64,000 bases of DNA from the NCBI GenBank assembly GCA_028534125.1, contig CM052816.1, forward strand, positions 93,808,001 to 93,872,000, read 5' to 3'. The notes below the pieces were generated by a model, which searched no databases, was not told where the DNA came from, and worked only from the letters and a program-made list of their open reading frames with translations. Made by a program: the position numbers and the translations under genes. Position 1 is the first letter of the stretch. Each line of letters starts with the position of its first letter. The stretch comes from Lama glama. Lineage: Eukaryota. Of this stretch, positions 13,351-27,555 are shown one piece after another.

Positions 13351-14799
13351 ATACAAATATCACTTTTACAGTATTTTGACATTTTGAAAAGTGTTTATCA
13401 AATGTTTCCAGGGAAGCATACTTACTGCTTCTCTGTGAGGAGAGTGTAAAGCTGTCCTTGCTTACGCTGGAGTGGAGGTTACAAGTTGCAGTTTTATGTG
13501 TGATTCATGTGCGATTTTTCTTGGCTGTTGAATATTTAATGCCAACGGAATTTTTCTCTGCATTATATCTATGCTGGGATTATAGCTAAAATAGTTTTTT
13601 TTTAAATCAATGATTTCAAGAAATCTGTCATGCATTATTTTTGTTTGGTACATTTGCCTGGGGACAACCAGACTCCAATTTGACAAGCTTCATCTTTGGG
13701 ACTTTCAGTCATGGCATTTGTAAAAAAAAATAAGTAAAATTTTATAGAGAGGCTGTTCAACCAGACACAGTAAATCTTGCCAGGGGCAAGTCATACCGGT
13801 TTACCTGTAATTAAAAGAGAACATGGAGGGGAAAATTCGTTTCTTCTTATATACAGATTTCAATAGTAATTCTTTTGAAGTTGACAAAATGTCAGTGGCC
13901 AATTCACGTCTATATGTGCCATTGAAAATATCTCATGTAATAAAATATATATAATATATATGTGATTATAAATATAATGTTAAAAATTACTTGCAGGAAT
14001 ATAACAATAAAAACTACTAGGAAAGGTCCCAAGCTGCATTTGTTTCAAACCTGACGAGCAGTATAATCACAAAGACATGAGGCGATATTCAACTATGCCA
14101 AGTGACTAAAACTACATTAAATGACTCTCACTGAAGTCTTCTGAATGTATTGTAATATCTGTACACTCAGTCCAGGTCTCATAAGAAATCTAGTTCAAGG
14201 CCTGTGCTTTCTGAACATCTTCTTGCATCAAGGAAGTTAACCTCGAATGGACTGTCACATATTGCCATACACATTGTCACATTATCCATTGACTGATAGG
14301 AACTTCACAGTGTATTCAGGGTATCCATAAAGCCAAAGCATGGAAACACGTCTTCATTTGAGAAATAATTTGGTATTTGATACTTAAAAATATACAAAGT
14401 GATCATCATGGAGCAACACGGAACCTTGCTGGACTTTTCTACACGTTTCTGTCTTATTCTGCTCTTATTTTCAAAAGATGTGAGGAAGGCATCGTGATTT
14501 TCTATATACCAGGGCTATGACTTAGTGTGTTAACTGTGAGTCAGTCAACAAAGCGGGCTATTGGAGAGGGAGCCTGGCCCACACACGAGACTTACTTCCT
14601 CCTGTTCTTAAATAATAAAGACCTAAACACGTTAACACTTCGATGTTTTAGTTTGGAAAGAATCTCTGTGGGGCAGGTCAGTGAGCAGCAAGATCACTTC
14701 TGTGGGGAAAAAAAATACCTGATTGGAGTTATCATCCCATAAGTTTAGGATATACGTGTACAAGTCACCAGGATTCAAATTTCCGGGATTAATAGGAAG

Positions 14800-15200
14800 A
14801 GCAAATGCAATAAAATATCTGTACTGAAGTATTACATAATATTTTTTACTGAAGATATCTAAGTTATTCATAGAAAAATAACCATTTTTAGGAGACAATT
14901 AAGATGAGAACTGCACCATACAGAGTATCAAGAGTCAATACTAATTAAAGAAATGTAATCACATTTAAACTAACCAAAGACTTTCTTACATGAGACAAGA
15001 TAAACTAATTCTAAGATGCATGGGAAAAAGTTCCATCAACAAGAAAGGCATATGGCATGATTAACAGGGAAAGAAAGAAAATAAATTTAGAGTTTTAATC
15101 TGCCAGATTTCAAATTTCATTTTAAAGCTATAATATTTTTAAATGTGTGGCCAAATAATACTAGCTAAAATAAATTGAGCTCTGAACATGGACTTTTCTA
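14800..15200 (+). mobile_element. Degenerate L1ME ORF2 fragment
   Basis: taaactaattctaagatgcatgg; ctgccagatttcaaatttcattttaaagctataata. Confidence 0.5.
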
Positions 15201-16287
15201 ACTGACTATATATATATATATACATATAATGTATACATATAATATGATATACTCATGAATATAATATACATGCACATATATACATGTGTATAGACATAAT
15301 ATGCATAAGATATGAAATTAATTTCAGTAAAGTATTCAACCTAGTGTTTCCAAAGTAATATTATTTAAACATTTTATAATCCCATGCAATTTGGGTTAAG
15401 GCTTACAAACACAATTTGGTCTGCAGAGGAAATTTAGTTTTGATGTATTTTTAATTTTTCTATTCTTAGATTCACAAAGACAACCCATATTATTTGACCT
15501 AATGAATCTAATTTGCTTCAATGAAATTAGAAACCATAATTAATGCACTAACTATAAATCAGGAAATCCTATAAATATAAGGTTGTAATAACTATCCAAG
15601 TTATCACTAAAAAGCATAACCAGGAAGAATATAATTCAGGTTGCCCTTTTGCTCTTTTTTTCCTGTAGTGTCCAAGTGAAGTAAGATCGTTTCAAATACC
15701 TTTATAGGCGTACCAAAATGAAATAGCAAGTGTTTACGTTACAGTATATTTTAATTTGTTTTCCTATCACACAACTGTCTCTACCTGATTTTCCTCTGTG
15801 GTGCATTATCATGAAGCCTTACACACATTTCGGGTTTTCCCCTAACCCAAAATCAAAGCTACATTTGCAGGAAGATTCATCTAAATGATTCACGTAAGAC
15901 ATGCAGTTAAACATGCAGAGCTGATTACTGCATGAAATTGCGGCTGAAACCATAACATTTTAGTGCAAGCTTAGCATTGTTTGAACATTTAATAGTCAAC
16001 TTAGTTAATTGCAATTGAACCCAAGGCTTTCCTGAGCTAACGAACCATTGAAAGTCAGATGTAGCAAACTAAACGGTGTCCATGAAGCAAGATCAGCATT
16101 TCCATATTCAATCTTTAGTCGTGGTGGTCACAGACGTACACAAGAAGTTCAAGGACAAACTTTCAGGGATTATCTTGAAAATTATTTTGCTAAGGGGAGA
16201 ACAGCCTAGTCCCTCAGTACTGAAACGTTCATGATATAGCTAGGTCAACGGTGCTTTTCAAACTATGACCTTTTCTTCTTGTTAAAA

Positions 16288-16385
16288 ATTTTCTCCAGCT
16301 TTATTAAGGTATGACCAACAAATAAAAATCACATATATTTAGGCTGTACAGTGTGATCATTAAGGTGTACAATCTAATGATTTAA
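16288..16385 (-). mobile_element. Short L1MA 3' terminal fragment
   Basis: ccagctttattaaggtatgaccaacaaataaaaatcacatatatttagg..gtaca, antisense L1MA 3' end. Confidence 0.7.
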
Positions 16386-17403
16386 TTTGTGACCTTGCGA
16401 ATCCACAGTTTACCAGAGCTCATCTAAGAAAGGTAGGGTCTGCAGACATAGGGATGGGACAGGAGCAAACCCTTCAGGCTTTCTGAATGGCCCATACTGG
16501 AGGCAATCAAAGCAGATTTGCATTGTTGTCTACATTTTGGGAAGATAGGTAGACAGTAGAAAGAGATTTGTGACCCAACAATGATTGAGGCATCCCAAAC
16601 TCTGTGAGTGCATCCTTTAATTTTAGAGATGAGGAAAATGAGGTCAAGATTAAGTAGTAACTAACAAAGGAAACTGGGGGAAAAGTGATAAAAATCCATG
16701 TTAAGTGGGTTTATTTCACTCCATTACTCAGCTTACCTGAGCTGTATGGTATCTCCTACTTTGTTCATTACTTGACCCAGCAGGGTCTCCACTATTTAGG
16801 AAAACTGCAATTCCCCATAATACCCTGGTATAATGTTCTTTCTGTGCTCATACACACAAACAAAGCCTTTTGAAACCTGGTGATCTAAGCAAATCCTTAT
16901 TCATCCTGTGGGGGACTAAATTTTAAATACATTTCTATATATGTACATAACTAACATATAATAAATTATATATAAATAATATATATATGACCTTTTCATT
17001 TAAGGACAGGTATAGTATTTTTTAAAGACAACTAATTAAAGCATTGTATGTAACAATAAAAAATTGGAAACAATTAATCAATCCATAGGGTACCTGTTTC
17101 AAATTTTATGATACATTCACGCACATACACACGCATACAGACACACAGCTTTGAGACACCACCAGAATCAGTTGTGCCAATCTGCATTTTTCTCTTACTT
17201 TATTTCCTTGCAAATACTCAATGTTTTCTATTTTAGCCACATGATATCATAATTTTGTTTTAAATTGTATTTACCCTCCTATCAATGACCTTATGCAACA
17301 TGTCCTAGATTATTTACAGAACTTTTTTGGTAAAGTTTTTGTTCATGCATTTTGAACATTTATCTATTGGATTATCTCTTTTTTTATTGAGATGCATCTA
17401 TTC

Positions 17404-18340
17404 ATTTTTTTGTATATATATATTTTTACTGAAGTATAATCAATTTACAATGTTGTGTCAATTTCTGGTGTACAGCATAGCGCTTCAGTCATACATGTAC
17501 ATACATATATTCATTTCCATATTCTTTTTCACCACAAGTTACTACAAGATATTGAATACAGTTCCCTGTGCTATGCAGTATGAACTTGTTGTTTATTATA
17601 TATATAGTAGTTAACATTGCAAATCTTGAAATCCCAATTTTTCCCTTGCCACCCCTTTCCCCCCTGGTAACCATAAGTTTGTTTTCTCTGTCTGTGAGTC
17701 TGTTTTTGTTTTATAAATAAGTTTATTAGTCTTTTTTTTTTTTTTAGGTTCTACAGATAAGTGATATTATATGGTATTTTCTTTCTCTTTCTGGCTTACT
17801 TCACTTAGAATGACAATCTCCAGGTCTATCCATGCTGCTGCAAATGGCATTATTTTATTATTTTTTATGGCTGAGTGGTATTCTATTGTATAAATATATC
17901 ACAGCTTCTTTATCTAGTTATCTGTTGATGGATATTTAGGTTGTTTCCATGTCTTGACTATTGTAAATAGTGCTGCTATGAACATTGGGGTGCATGTATC
18001 TATTTGAATTAAGGTAACTTCTGTATATATGCCCAGAAGTGGGATTGCTGGATCATATGGTAAGTCTATTTTTAGTCTTTGGCGGAATCTACATACTACC
18101 TTCCATAATGGTGGCACCAAACTACATTCCCACCAACACTGTAGGAGAGTTCCCTTTTTCCACACCCTCTCCAGCATTTATCATTCATGGACTTTTTAAT
18201 GATGACCATTCTGATTGATGTGAGGTGATACTTAACAAGCATTTCTCCAATGAAGATATACAAATGGCCAATAGGCATTTGAAAAAAATGCTCAATATCA
18301 CTAATTATCAGAGAAATGCAAATTAAACTCACAATGAGAT
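17404..18340 (-). mobile_element. Young camelid L1, 5'-truncated with 5' inversion (twin priming)
   Basis: Antisense 3' UTR plus ORF2 C-terminus (ORF 17914-18177, ...[14 protein letters not shown]...CTPMFIAALFTI...WKQPK); inverted segment about 18234-18340; TSD tgagatgcat(c/g)tattc at 17388-17403 and 18335-18350. Confidence 0.93.
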
Positions 18341-18351
18341 GCATGTATTCT

Positions 18352-19700
18352 TATATATAGATGCTAGGAGTCTTCCGTCACATGTATGAACAAAGAGTGT
18401 TTATGTCTCCTCTTTGCATTGCTTCTTTCACTCTCATCATGTTAATGAACATAATTTAATGTCACTATATTAGTTTTCCTTTCTTCATATTACTCTTCTT
18501 AGAGCAGAGATCACTGTAACCAAATTTAATGAAACAGCATTTATTTTTTTGCCATTGAGCTTGATATTTTTATATTGTCTATCAGATTAAGGTAATCCCT
18601 TTAAATTAAGAAGCAACTGAGAATATTAAATTTTATCAAAAGTCTTTACTGTAATTTCTCCTCTTTCACTAATATGATTAATTATATTAATTAGATTTTC
18701 AATATTGAATTCTCTTGATTTGTTGAAAAAATATTATTTAACCATCATGTATTAACTTCTTAATATCATTGGATTGATTTGCTAATATATAAGTACTTTT
18801 AAATTTAAGTTTGTGATAGTGATTGCCTGTAATCTCTTTCTTCATCAATTATTGGTAGGAAGATTATGCTGGTCTCATAAGAAGATTTAGAAAGTCTTCC
18901 AGATCTTATATTATTTGAAATAATTTCTATAAGATTAGTATCAATTCTTCCTGCAATATTTAAAAGAAATTCTCAAACTTCTTGGCCTTGGGATTGTCTT
19001 TGTGGAAAGATTTTTAATGATAGAATAAATTTCTTCAAAAATTATGAGATTTGTTTCATTTCTACTTCCTCTGCCAGACTTGTGGGTTACATTTTTTCAA
19101 TATGTACATATACTTCCTCATGCAAGTTGTTTTGTAGAAAGCTACTGATATTTTGAACATCTACAATGAGGCCCTATTTTATTTTTGATGCTGGAAAATT
19201 AATTTTCTTTTAAAAATATACTTTGCAACCTACAAGAAGTTGAAAGTTCAGTACACAAAATTCATACGTCTCCAAATTGTTACTGTATTGCCTAATCATT
19301 CCATCACCTCTCTCTCTCTCTCTCATTTTCCTATCATTTATCTATAATGGGTGTCTATGCAGTATCACTCTAAAATGCCCCAGCATATACCTTCCCCCCA
19401 AATAATGGCCATTACTATCATGCAAACTTGGCAATAAATAAATCAACACAGATATATAGATAGTCCTCTACTATACATGTTTGTCATGTCTACACCCACT
19501 AAGTTTAGTTTTCATTGATAACTCTCAATGGTACCCTCTATCAGTATAATGATTTCTAAATATGAACTATTTCTACCACCTTCTATATAACATCAGCTGG
19601 AATTCTACTTTAAGGAAATGCTATGTCTTCTTAGTGTATTATTGCATTTATTAAGATTCATAAGCACTAATGGATATTTACTGTATTCAAGTCAGTAATT
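18352..19700 (-). mobile_element. Degenerate L1ME/L1MC fragments
   Basis: Antisense ORF2 phrases (gattgatttgctaatat, attatgctggtctcataa, tttgtggaaagattttta), then an L1MC-like 3' piece from about 19210. Confidence 0.6.
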
Positions 19701-21400
19701 GTTCCAGTTTTTCCTCTGCGTGTAATATGCTGTTTTCATCTGGCTATTTTCAAGACTTTGTCTTTATCTTTTACTTTAATCATTATACCTGTGTTGGCTT
19801 AATTTGATTTTATTCTTCCTGGGGTTTTCTTATCTTCATAAATCTGTACATTCTTATCTTAGATCATCTTTTTGAAATAATCTGCCGCTATTTATTTAAA
19901 TACATTGCTTTCTGCCACATTCTTTCTTTCTTTTCTCTGTTTATGAAATTCTCATTACATTCTTTTTGGATCTTTGGATATTGTCCAAAAGTTCCTTGAG
20001 GCATTGTTCTCATGTTTTCTCTTCCCAACATATTGTCTTTTTTTTTTTCAGATCAGATAATTTCCATTAATCTATCATTACATTATTGACATTTTCTCCT
20101 TTAAACCTCTTCTGGGTTGAATTGTATGAATACAGAATCCTTATGTATTCATCCTAACACCTAGCACTTCAAAATGTAACCTTACTTGGAAATCAGGTTG
20201 TGGCCAATATAATCTGTTGTGTTAAAATGAGGTCATTAGGGTGTGCTCCAATCCAATGTGAATTGGATTGGAATGGTCCTTACAGAAGGAGGAATTCTGG
20301 ACACAGGCTCACACACAGGGAAGATGAGGCAGATGGGCGTAATGCTTCCGCAAGCCAAGGAAGGTCAACATTGCCAGTCACTAGGGGAGAGAGAGGAGAG
20401 GCAAGGAGCAGATTCCTCCTCAGAGCTCCCAGAGGCAGCAAGCACCTTGATCTTGAACTTCCAGCCTCCAGAACCGTGAGACAATAGATTCCTGTTGTTT
20501 AAGGTATCCCGTTTGTGGTACTTTGTTATGAAACCCTAGCAAACTAATACAATCCCCACTGTGCTACTGAGCTAACATTTTTCAGATGTAATTCTACTTC
20601 TCGAATTTTCTTTTAATTTGTATTTATGTGTTTTAATTTCCTCCTGAGATCTTTGTACCTCTTCATTCATGGAAAACATATTTTCTTCTACAATATTAAG
20701 CAGAGCTAAACATACACGTGTAAGAATCTTAATCTGATAATTCCAACCTCTGGGTTATTGTATTGTCGACATACGTAGTCTTTTTCTTTTAAGAGTTAAG
20801 ACACATTTTCCTGTTTCTTCTATGTCTCATAATTTTAAATTGTATCCTATACTTTGTGAACGTTTTGCTATGACTTTCTGAATTCTGTTATAGTTCACTA
20901 AATTGTGTTGGTTATCTGGTTTGTTTGCTGGTTTTAGCAGGTAAATAAATTGATTCGGAAATGTTGTCTCTTAATCAGCAGCTTAAATGACAATTTACTT
21001 ATTTTGTCCGTAACCGAGCTGCTTTGGCTTCATCCCATGCATAAGTGGTCCGAGGATTAGCCAAAGAACATCAGGTTTTTGCAGAGTATAGACACGGAGT
21101 GCATGACGCCCTGTCTCCAGCTCTGTTTTCTAGGGTACTGCCCCTGTCCTGGAAGCCTCTGTGACCGTCCCACCTCTCTCTTCTCTTTCTTAAAGCCACT
21201 ACGATGGTGAAGATTCTATCAGAATTTTAGCTGCTGTAAGCAGAGTGAAGTGCAGTGTGCCTCCAGGCGAAAAGCTGCTAAAGACAAGATATCCACCTTC
21301 TGCTCTTCTGTTCTTGCAAATTTCCACTTCTTTCTAGAATCTTACTGCTTTTATTCACACTACAGTAACTTCTGATTGTTGTTTTTTCCCCAAAATGTGT
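19700..21400 (-). mobile_element. Old L1M ORF1/5' region, interrupted by an MLT1 LTR
   Basis: tctggctattttcaagactttgtctttatct; tcagataatttccattaatctat; ctgataattccaac. Confidence 0.6.
20109..20551 (+). mobile_element. MaLR solo LTR, MLT1B/C-like
   Basis: tctgggttgaattgt...aatgtaaccttacttggaaat...aaatgaggtcattagggtg...cttccagcctccagaaccgtgagacaata...ctagcaaactaataca. Confidence 0.9.
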
Positions 21401-21465
21401 AGTTATTTTTTGTTTGCTGTGTTTTCCCTCAAAATTTTCAAAACATTTAAAATTTTACATCTTAG

Positions 21466-21515
21466 TCTCTCTCTCTCTCTCTCTCCATATATATATATAT
21501 ACACACACACACACA
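21466..21515. repeat. Compound microsatellite (TC)n(TA)n(CA)n
   Basis: Directly visible. Confidence 0.95.
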
Positions 21516-22610
21516 TTATGGTCACTGAATTTTTGGTGAAAAGAATTATATACGACTCTGAATAACAACAAAACTGAAAGCATTCTTTATTCGTTTTCAC
21601 TTTAAAAATCTACACTATTTACTTATTTGCTTAGTAAATGAATGTATTTTTAATTTTCTAGGCCTTTACACATAAAATGTCAGCTCTTTGTCTTACTACA
21701 TTTGTGGATGGTGATTAAGCACAGTTCTGTTAAGCACATATTACTTTCCTTTTAAATTATAAAACCGTATCATATAAAATTACTTAAGCATCTCTATTTA
21801 CCTTCTTTCACATCCCACTTTTTTAGTCTCCGATTCCACTTCCTCGAGTTCTTTGTAAATCATCCGGAGCAAATTTCATCTTGCCAGAGACAGTCTGCCA
21901 AGTGCTGGATTAAGTCATGGTTAATGTTTTGAACTGAAATTCCTGAAAAGAAGGAACTGAGTAGGAACATTGGCTCAAACTTAACTCCATCAGTGTGAAA
22001 AATGGGCACAGTAATAAAAACTTCACTTGTTTAATTGTAATTAATCTCTGTCATGAAACTGTACCAAATGTTGTGACAGTGCTGCATTTGTAAAACACAA
22101 GGCAGCTCTACCCAGATAATTAAGTTGCTGTATATAACGTCACTAACAGAGAAAGACTCCAAAAAATAACACGCGTATGTGCTGTCATTTTTTTTTTAAT
22201 TTTCAAGGAGGAGTAAAGCCTAGAGACCATGATGTTTTCTGTACCCAGAGGCTTGTCACTATCTGATTACTGGAAGATTCAATCTCTAAATAATGTAATA
22301 TCAGAGGCAGCACAATTCACATCCATCCAGAAAGCAGGTTTACTTTCTGTGAGCTTACAAATATTTCAATAAATTTAAATGTATGGTATTTATCTTGAAA
22401 TATGCTTATTAAAAGAAGAAAGTATACATTTTTATTTATAAAAACTATATGATTTCTATCAATGGTTTCTTTTCTATCTTGAAAGATAGAAAAATGATAA
22501 TATTGATTTAAGAAGATTCCTTTGCACTTTTAAAAATCCAAAGTCAAAAACCCCACATTCTTTATTTTTAGCAATATTGATTTCCTAAATCATGGTAGAG
22601 TAGGCCAAAT

Positions 22611-23264
22611 TGTTAGAGCAGGCAGATAGCTAGATATGAGCAGAGAAAGGGGGACACAGACCAAATGGCAGGAGTTGAGCAGAAAGGAGGGGCACAGGCC
22701 AAATGCAGGAAATCATACATCATGTAAGCACCAGGGGTCCTTGGGCAGAGAAAGAAAAGTAGGAACTTCTGGGCTGATAATTGGTCACATATTTTGGGGT
22801 GATGAGTTGCCTGGAGGCTGACAAAGAAAGGTAGAAAAAAGGCAGGAATCTCCAGTGTTCGAATGTAACCTTTTGTTCATTATGCCCTCGTTTCAATAAA
22901 ATTTGCCTTGCAGATTAGAAGTACCCATCATGCACCGATGCCAGGACACTTCTGATCCAGACTAAATAAGGACAAAAGTCCCTCCTCTCTTTGGGAAGGT
23001 GGAGTTGGGATGAAAATCAGGGGATATAACCCCAAACCCCTTCCCAATGTATATTTTGCCCTTTTATTCTTACGTTCTATGTAACCAACTTGCCAAAGAA
23101 ACTCGGCGCAGCTGCTCACCTGAGCCTGCCCGCTCTTTCCTTGAGAGTGTACTATCCATCTCTTAATAAATCCTCACTTTACTTTCTTAACCTCCACGTC
23201 TTGTCTCTGAATTCTTTCTGGGAAGGGACAAGGACGTGGACACCAGTTACATCTACCAGCAACA
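22611..23264 (+). mobile_element. ERV1-class solo LTR (MER4-group-like start)
   Basis: TG...CA termini (tgttagagcaggcagatagctagatatgagcag ... ccagcaaca); TATA-like gatataa at about 23022; AATAAA at 23165; imperfect 4-bp TSD aaat/atat. Confidence 0.85.
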
Positions 23265-24128
23265 ATATCACCGTGTTCTTCTTTGGAAAGAAATTCAGAT
23301 TCCCTTAAAATAACAAGTATTAAAATCAATTAAATCAGTATAGTCAGAGAATACTGCCAGCGTTATGTTGACTCTATTGGTACAGTCTACAGAAAAGAGT
23401 TACTTTTTGTAACATTAGTCCTACATAGACAGAGGATTGGAATTTGCACATCAAAATTACTTATCTACTACCCACTCCAAGTGAACCAAATCTACCTATA
23501 TTTACTCCTCCAGTTTTAAATTCAGTATTTACATACTTGATGCCGAAGGTAATCTATAGGTTTAATGAATGAATATTATCCCTTAATATGATTGTATCTA
23601 GCCAATTTTCTACATGTAAATAATAATTTTCCAATTTAGACAGAGCCATGTATCCATAGTTTTGAAAACTATCAGAATCATTTCTTAATGGTTGACTCAG
23701 TCACTTCAGAATTTATTTACTTTATTGTCAAATTGATCTTTACATAGACTATTTCCATTTTCCTTTCCCAAAATAAATAGAGTGAGGGACTGCTTAAGTC
23801 CTGACAAATTCGTCAATACAAAATTTGATCAGAAATAAACCTTACCAATCTAATTTCTATAATCAATCATGTGTAATTTATATCAATAAAGCATATATAT
23901 ATAAATAACTTTCTATTTAATATTATAATACACAATTTATATGCCCTTAATGTATATTTACATATTTTATATTTGTTTTATCACTATTACGTATATTTAA
24001 CCACTCGTTGATCATTAAATATTTGAAAATAAAACCAGTTTATACTACTTTTGTATTCCTTCTAACTATAAATTTGTCATTAACGCGTTCCTGGCATCTT
24101 TTGTCTAGTATGTTGAATTTTTTTCCCA

Positions 24129-24439
24129 TGTAGCAAGCTAATAAGAAAGCCTGGGTGCTCCCTCCTTTGGTGTCAGCTGGAGAATCCAACCCCAGAAGCC
24201 CCTGTCCACCATAGGAACGCTCACCCAGACCTCAGCCGGGCCAGTCTCCTTCCGTTATCTCTCAAGACGTGGCATGCTTGCATGAGGGGCTCGTTCTGCT
24301 CTCCCTGGAGGTATCAGTTATATAAGTAATAAACCTTTACATGCCATCTTGGGGCGGGGGAGTGTGTGTGTTCATCAGTCTCAAAATCCAAGCCAAATTT
24401 GGGGTGGGGTCCATCCGCTGCTCCAAGTTGAACATAACA
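24129..24439 (+). mobile_element. ERVL LTR, MER73/MER74-like 3' part
   Basis: gtaataaacc ... catcagtctc..atcc...ccaaatttggggtggggtccatcc...ataaca matches my recollection of the MER74-group 3' end. Confidence 0.65.
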
Positions 24440-25348
24440 GCATGTGGCAAACCATGTCAGGCCAGCAATAAAATGTGTAATACAGTGACCCCTTCTCACA
24501 GGAGGGGCCTGTCAGTATTCCTGCCTCTTTATAGCATTTACACATATGCGATTTAACTTCACCAGTACCCCCTTCTTCCTTGATGTTTCCTTGTTATATT
24601 TACATTTCATCTTTTTGCTAAGCCCTTCTGTCTCCCTTTGGACACTTTATTTCTTGATCTTTGTATTTTCAGCATCTCAGTACTGCACCATTTGTTCTGA
24701 TTCAGGAAACAGCTTTCTCCACCTTCAAACAGGACACTACATACTTTTTCTAGTCAACCGTGCATACTCTTTTTTTGTGTATATGGAGGTGATCTGCCAG
24801 TTCCTTAACATGGAATGCGTAAAAGCACCTAATGTTGGAGACATGTGGACCCACAAAAGACTCACAGCGCAAAGTCAAATGCCTTTCCAGATTAACTTCA
24901 TCTATTTTAAAGTGACCATTCGTAGCGCCTAGAGAATTCCTAACAGCACAGTCAAAAGAGTGCTAATTTCCCCACAGAATACTGCTTGGTGGATAGCCAG
25001 CTTGGATGTTAGAGAATTTTCCCAACGCAGAGGATTTACCCTCTTAAATTGAGGATTTTTTCTTTCATCACATTCCCCTCTTTCTACTGCACGTTAAGCC
25101 TGCTTTCTTATAATGCTGTTTGTGAAGCAAATATTTGACAGTGATCAAGACTGGAAATTCTTAAGCATCTGTTTACTATTGTTTAAATCATCTTCAGATG
25201 CACCCGCAGGTTCACCTACACCTGAACACACAGGTGAATATACCTTCACATAAAACGTGCTGGAGTGTAGACTTAAACCCTTGGAGGAAAACCTCAGCTC
25301 TGGTCAAGCTGCCTTAGAACACATGACGTCACAGAGGCACCTGCACAT

Positions 25349-25488
25349 TCCTTGCATCGTTTGTTTTATGAGGGCAAGGTAATTAGGTTTCTTCATTGAT
25401 TTCTGCTTGGAGGAGGTACTGGAGGTTGAACCCCTAACCTCTTGGGTGCTGAGCATGCGCTCTACCACTTGTTCTGTACCCTTGCCCT
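25349..25488 (-). mobile_element. Camelid tRNA-derived SINE (Vic-1-like) with 12-bp TSD
   Basis: Antisense head gaggtactggaggttgaacccc...gagcatgcgctctaccact; perfect TSD gcacctgcacat at 25337-25348 and 25489-25500. Confidence 0.9.
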
Positions 25489-27555
25489 GCACCTGCACAT
25501 CGCTGATGCGAAGACTCCACTGACAGCAGGCAGAGCCAAAGCGTCCAGTCTACAGAACTTTCTTATAGAAGCCACTGCTCTTGAACAGGCAAAGAATTTC
25601 AGGTCCCAGTTATTTGTTCCCTGTTTCCTTTACACCTGCTCCATGTTTGGAGACCGGAAGTGGGAAATAAAGAATCACTTCTTCCGGGGGCAGCCACAGG
25701 TGGGACTTCCTCCTGTTCAGGGAGGGAAAGTGAGTGGACCTCCTTAATTTGTGGAGAAGGAGCTCCTTTAGCCTGGATCCCAAAAGAGACAGACAGATGA
25801 AGACAGCAGACTCCAGGTAGAAGCCTGAAATTTAACAACCTAGTGCAGCACACTGAGAAATCCAACCCCTACCTTGACTCAGGAGTGAGGACAGAGTACA
25901 TTGAACTCCCCCTAAATTGTCCCCAGATGCTCCAGAATCAGACAGGAAGCAGAGGCGCAGCCAAGAAGCCTGAGGTTCATTTGCAAGACGAACATGCCAC
26001 CGCACACATAACAAGCCACTTCAAAACAGGGTTGATGGCATTTTTATAACAGATCTTTTTTTTTAAATATATATTCTCCTCTTCCTCAAACCACTCTGGA
26101 AAATACACACATTTGGGCAGACTCATCATGATTTACTCATCTGCTAATTGGTTGATGCTAAGAACCTAACAAAAGCAAAGAAAACATAAGAAGGAACTCA
26201 TTATTCATACATATTGTATGTTTTCCTCTTGCAGCATGCTTTTGGTTCTCCTTTCAAATCATATACTATATACTAACTGTTGGGTCTCTTGCAAATATGC
26301 TGAATTTCTCCAGGCTGGGAGAAGACTATCCAAATTCTTGGTGTATTTTATTGTGGTGCTTCTGCCCCTTTTAAAAAGACAGGAAAAAATAAGGAGGCCA
26401 AATGCTATTCCCCCCAAAATTATGTATTTTTTGCTACATAAATTATTTAGCTGCATTAAAAGAAGGTATCCTAAAATGACAGTTGTAAATACACTGAAAG
26501 GTGGATAACCCAAATATATCCAAGAAAATGTCAATGAATTTTACTTAGCCTGTCTCTTTTTCAAAGCCTGTCTAATGTGCACCATCTTAGAAGTTCACAA
26601 GATGAATGAATCATATTCAAAAGAAATTGCATTGTTACAGGAAGCTTTAGTCAGATATATAGAAATACATTTCAAAGAAAGATGTCTTAAAAGACTCTAA
26701 TGGCAAGATATAAATGGCAGAAGAATTGAAGTTCTGTTAAAATGGAATAAAAATACTTTAATGGAATAGTTCATGAACTAGTAAATTAAACTGACTGTAA
26801 GTGAGATTATTCTCCTAACTGAAAATAAATATAACGTGATTTTAAAAAAATGAAAGGAAAGTGAGGAAATTGAATCCATCCGCAAACAACTCATAACACA
26901 TGAAATTTGTTTCCTGTTTTTTTGTAAACTTAGCCAAAATGACCCTTTTCACTAGTGAAAGCAAAGAAGAAAAGGTTTCTTGATTTTCTAGTAAGTATAT
27001 AAACATTTTATGACAGTTTCAGGGAACTCTCTCTTAAGACTTTTGTCATTTGTGATACGTAGCAAACAACATTTCATTATGTATAAAATTATTAAGATAT
27101 ATTCCCAAAATTACAAAAACATATCGCATTGGTACTGAATTTCAGTGCACTAATCAATGAGGAATAAAACACTGATAATATTGTATAAAATGACAAGAAA
27201 TCTCAGTCTTAATATTCAATGGGCAATATGATGATATTTCAATAACAAATACAATGTTTGACTAAATTTATTCTCACAGTAGTGTCACTCCTTAAATCAT
27301 ATGTTGAATAATAAGAATTTTTAAAAAGAGTCTTGTCACATCTTAAAACTGCTGGCTCACTGTAGAGCTGGTTCATTGATTGCTTCGGAGAGTTTTTGGA
27401 AACTTTTCCCAATTCCACTTTAATACACCAAAAATACATTAACCTGGTAGCAGTAAAAATTCTCGAAGTAAAAGTTTGTTCTCAGGCAAACCTAATATCT
27501 TAAACTTTTATAACAGTGATGCTTAGAAACAGTCTAATTGCCAAAAAGTAGCATT

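Noticed and set aside
18096..18344. Chimeric ORF (and the similar one at 63749-63967)
   Set aside because: By-product of the L1 inversion junctions.
22470..22493. 11-bp hairpin ttttctatctt-ga-aagatagaaaa
   Set aside because: Low-complexity AT-rich palindrome, plausible by chance.
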